The position numbers were made by a program, and so were the translations under genes. Below are positions 56,622-58,772 of a DNA stretch of 58,772 nucleotides, in pieces. The first letter of the stretch is position 1. Each line of letters opens with the position of its first letter. Source of the stretch: Flavobacterium sp. (GTDB lineage: Bacteria > Bacteroidota > Bacteroidia > Flavobacteriales > Flavobacteriaceae); NCBI RefSeq assembly GCF_035343975.1, contig NZ_DAORAB010000002.1. One strand, written 5' to 3'. The notes beneath the pieces were generated by a model. The model was given only the letters and a program-made list of their open reading frames with translations, made no database searches and had not been told where the DNA came from.

Positions 56622-56656
56622 GCGTAAATAAATAGATATTAGAGAGAATTGAAAAC

Positions 56657-56683
56657 AAAAAAAGTGGGCTCTCACCCACTTTT
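56657..56683 (-). terminator. Intrinsic terminator after the lipoprotein gene
   Basis: AAAAGTGGG-CTCTCA-CCCACTTTT. Confidence 0.7.
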
Positions 56684-56704
56684 AACATTCAATTTTTTTA
56701 AGCT

Positions 56705-57196
56705 TTATTGAACTTTGATAATTTTATTTTCATTTATGTGATACGCTTTGACAACTGCATTGTAATCCTTAAAATCAACTTTACTGTTTTTATTTACCTC
56801 ATAGGCCGGAATCGCAACAACTCTTAAAATTTGATTTTGTGTATAGGCAGTACTAACGCCAGCTAAATCATAACCTTCAATTTTAACTTCAGCATCATTG
56901 ATGGTAAAGTTAAAATCGTAACGCATATCCAATGTACCATCATCAAAATAATAAGTTTCAGGCAATAACTTCCAGATATCATTTCCTTGGTAAGAACCAG
57001 TTAATCTATAAACTAGAACCATATCTGAGGTGTAAATTGAGTGTGGAAAAACTAATGTTACCGTATAATCGTTTGGCAAAAAATTGACATTTGTGTATTC
57101 AAATACTTCACTAATAGTATCGTTATCTTCATTAGTGCTGCAACCTTGTAGCGTTATCATCCCGATAAAAGCTAAAATTAGGGTAATTTTTTTCAT
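56705..57196 (-). CDS. Hypothetical lipoprotein
   Basis: MKKITLILAFIGMITLQGC lipobox; start moved to ATG 57196. Confidence 0.8.
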   Translation of the reverse strand: MKKITLILAFIGMITLQGCSTNEDNDTISEVFEYTNVNFLPNDYTVTLVFPHSIYTSDMVLVYRLTGSYQGNDIWKLLPETYYFDDGTLDMRYDFNFTINDAEVKIEGYDLAGVSTAYTQNQILRVVAIPAYEVNKNSKVDFKDYNAVVKAYHINENKIIKVQ

Positions 57197-57290
57197 GATA
57201 TTTATTTTTAAATGGATTAATGATTTTTCAATCACTATTCATTAATTATGCCAAAATTTATATTTTAACAAAAGTTTGTAATTTTACCTC

Positions 57291-57434
57291 ATGGGAAGAA
57301 ACAATGCTAAAAATATTAAAGCGCACAATGATAAGCTTCACAAGGCTCAGGAAAATAAGAAAGCAAAAGAGATTGCACGCAATGAAAAACTGAAAGCAAT
57401 TGCAAAAAAATTTAATGACAATAAATCAGAATAA
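57291..57434 (+). CDS. Small basic 47-aa protein, absent from the ORF track
   Basis: MGRNNAKNIKAHNDKLHKAQENKKAKEIARNEKLKAIAKKFNDNKSE; stop abuts the next ATG; TAATTTTA 4 nt upstream. Confidence 0.65.
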   Translation: MGRNNAKNIKAHNDKLHKAQENKKAKEIARNEKLKAIAKKFNDNKSE

Positions 57435-57914
57435 ATGGAGAACTACATTTTAAACGAAAACAAAAAAAGACTTGAACCAACAGAAACAGATTGTGAATAC
57501 TGCAAAAAACGTAAAGTAAATAGCATAGAGGATTGCTATTTTCTAAACCTTTATAATGTAAAGAAGCGAACGAATCTTTTAGTCTATCGTTCTGTAAAAT
57601 ACAGCCTAATCAAAGTCGGTATCCGGCGTTGTGTTCCCTGCAAAATCATTCACAAAAATGCAGATAAAAATACTGTGCTTTACACTACTTTAATTATTGT
57701 TGCATTAAATATTATCCTGTTTTCAGTAATTGGCATTTTTGGAGTTATAACAATGTTCCTTAGTTTGTACTTAGCAATATTTTTATTGAGTTTTATCAAA
57801 AACAAATTATCATTACAAAAAGGCATTTTATCAGACCAAAAAGGAGCCAAACAAAACCAGCTTGTAAAAGACTTTCTAAAAGAGGGCTGGTCAACAAAAA
57901 CACCATTTGCATAA
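57435..57914 (+). CDS. Membrane protein with a CxxC...CxxC zinc-ribbon-like motif
   Basis: CEYC and CVPC followed by two TM helices. Confidence 0.7.
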   Translation: MENYILNENKKRLEPTETDCEYCKKRKVNSIEDCYFLNLYNVKKRTNLLVYRSVKYSLIKVGIRRCVPCKIIHKNADKNTVLYTTLIIVALNIILFSVIGIFGVITMFLSLYLAIFLLSFIKNKLSLQKGILSDQKGAKQNQLVKDFLKEGWSTKTPFA

Positions 57915-57917
57915 AAC

Positions 57918-57947
57918 AAAAAAAACTCTCAAAAGAGAGGTTTTTTT
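57918..57947. terminator. Bidirectional intrinsic terminator
   Basis: A-run, CTCTC-AAAA-GAGAG, T-run between convergent genes. Confidence 0.6.
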
Positions 57948-57949
57948 GT

Positions 57950-58771
57950 TTACATATTTCTGCGATACTGTCCGCCTACTTCAAACAAACCAGCGGTTAT
58001 CTGACCAAGTGAACAATACTTGGTAGCATTCATCAAAACTTCAAAGATGTTTTCATTATTGATTGCCGCGTTTTGCAAAGCTGCTATCTGTTCATCTTCA
58101 TAATCGCAATAGGTTTTATGCAGATTGTCCAAAGTCTTGATTTGCGCCTGCTTTTCTTCTTCGGTTGCCCGAATGACTTCAGCAGGTAAAACTGTTGGTG
58201 AGCCTTTTGAACTTAAGAACGTATTTACTCCGATAATTGGAAATTCCCCGGTATGTTTAAGTGTTTCATAATACAAACTTTCCTCCTGGATTTTGCTTCT
58301 TTGGTACATCGTTTCCATCGCGCCAAGCACACCGCCACGTTCTGTTATTCTGTCGAATTCCTGTAAAACAGCCTCTTCGACTAAATCTGTCAATTCTTCA
58401 ATAATAAACGAACCCTGAATTGGGTTTTCATTTTTCGCCAAGCCCAATTCCTTATTGATAATCAATTGAATTGCCATAGCGCGACGAACACTTTCCTCAG
58501 TTGGTGTTGTAATCGCTTCGTCGTAAGCATTGGTGTGCAGTGAATTACAGTTATCATAAATTGCATATAAAGCCTGCAAGGTTGTACGGATGTCATTAAA
58601 ATCGATTTCCTGAGCATGCAATGAACGACCCGATGTTTGGATATGATATTTCAGCATCTGTGCTCTTTCGTTGGCACCATATTTATTTTTCATTGCTTTT
58701 GCCCAAATCTTACGTGCCACCCGCCCAATTACTGCATATTCAGGGTCGATTCCGTTTGAGAAAAAGAAGGA
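57950..58771 (-). CDS. icmF: Fused acyl-CoA mutase/GTPase IcmF-like, 3' part only (cut by the window edge)
   Basis: Frame open to the window end ([12 protein letters not shown]...), [21 protein letters not shown]-terminus GGQYRRNM. Confidence 0.85.
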   Translation of the reverse strand, partial: SFFFSNGIDPEYAVIGRVARKIWAKAMKNKYGANERAQMLKYHIQTSGRSLHAQEIDFNDIRTTLQALYAIYDNCNSLHTNAYDEAITTPTEESVRRAMAIQLIINKELGLAKNENPIQGSFIIEELTDLVEEAVLQEFDRITERGGVLGAMETMYQRSKIQEESLYYETLKHTGEFPIIGVNTFLSSKGSPTVLPAEVIRATEEEKQAQIKTLDNLHKTYCDYEDEQIAALQNAAINNENIFEVLMNATKYCSLGQITAGLFEVGGQYRRNM

Positions 58772-58772
58772 T

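Noticed and set aside
57950-58720. 256-aa mutase ORF as a truncated pseudogene
   Set aside because: The frame stays open to the window edge; it is the 3' end of a longer icmF-like gene

Overview
AT-rich window from a Flavobacterium-like genome (Bacteroidota). The assignment rests on TAnnTTTG sigma-A promoters, T9SS C-terminal domains, an lpxC-fabZ fusion and a CcsBA fusion. About 50 CDSs are present and I saw no rRNA, tRNA, CRISPR array or transposase. Housekeeping blocks (lpxD-lpxC/fabZ-lpxA-efp, sucD, fabG, menD, ccsBA, icmF) alternate with accessory loci. Best leads: (1) two convergent operons (7.9-19.6 kb) with four predicted ATP-dependent amide ligases, two serine hydrolases, a class I amidotransferase-like enzyme and an M17 aminopeptidase, a candidate NRPS-independent peptide or glyco-peptide make-and-break system of unknown product. 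(2) An ECF-sigma locus (33.3-38.9 kb) with an MbnP-like WxW protein, two di-heme peroxidases and a T9SS-secreted YHYH protein, whose likely ECF promoter occurs twice with identical spacing. (3) A probable ~110-nt ECF-dependent sRNA divergent from a SigK/RskA-like pair. (4) A ~32-nt motif repeated in two 5' leaders with a compensatory base-pair change. (5) A degenerate DEDDh exonuclease paired with a CBS-DUF294 nucleotidyltransferase. (6) An unannotated 47-aa ORF. All calls come from reading motifs by eye; no searches were run.
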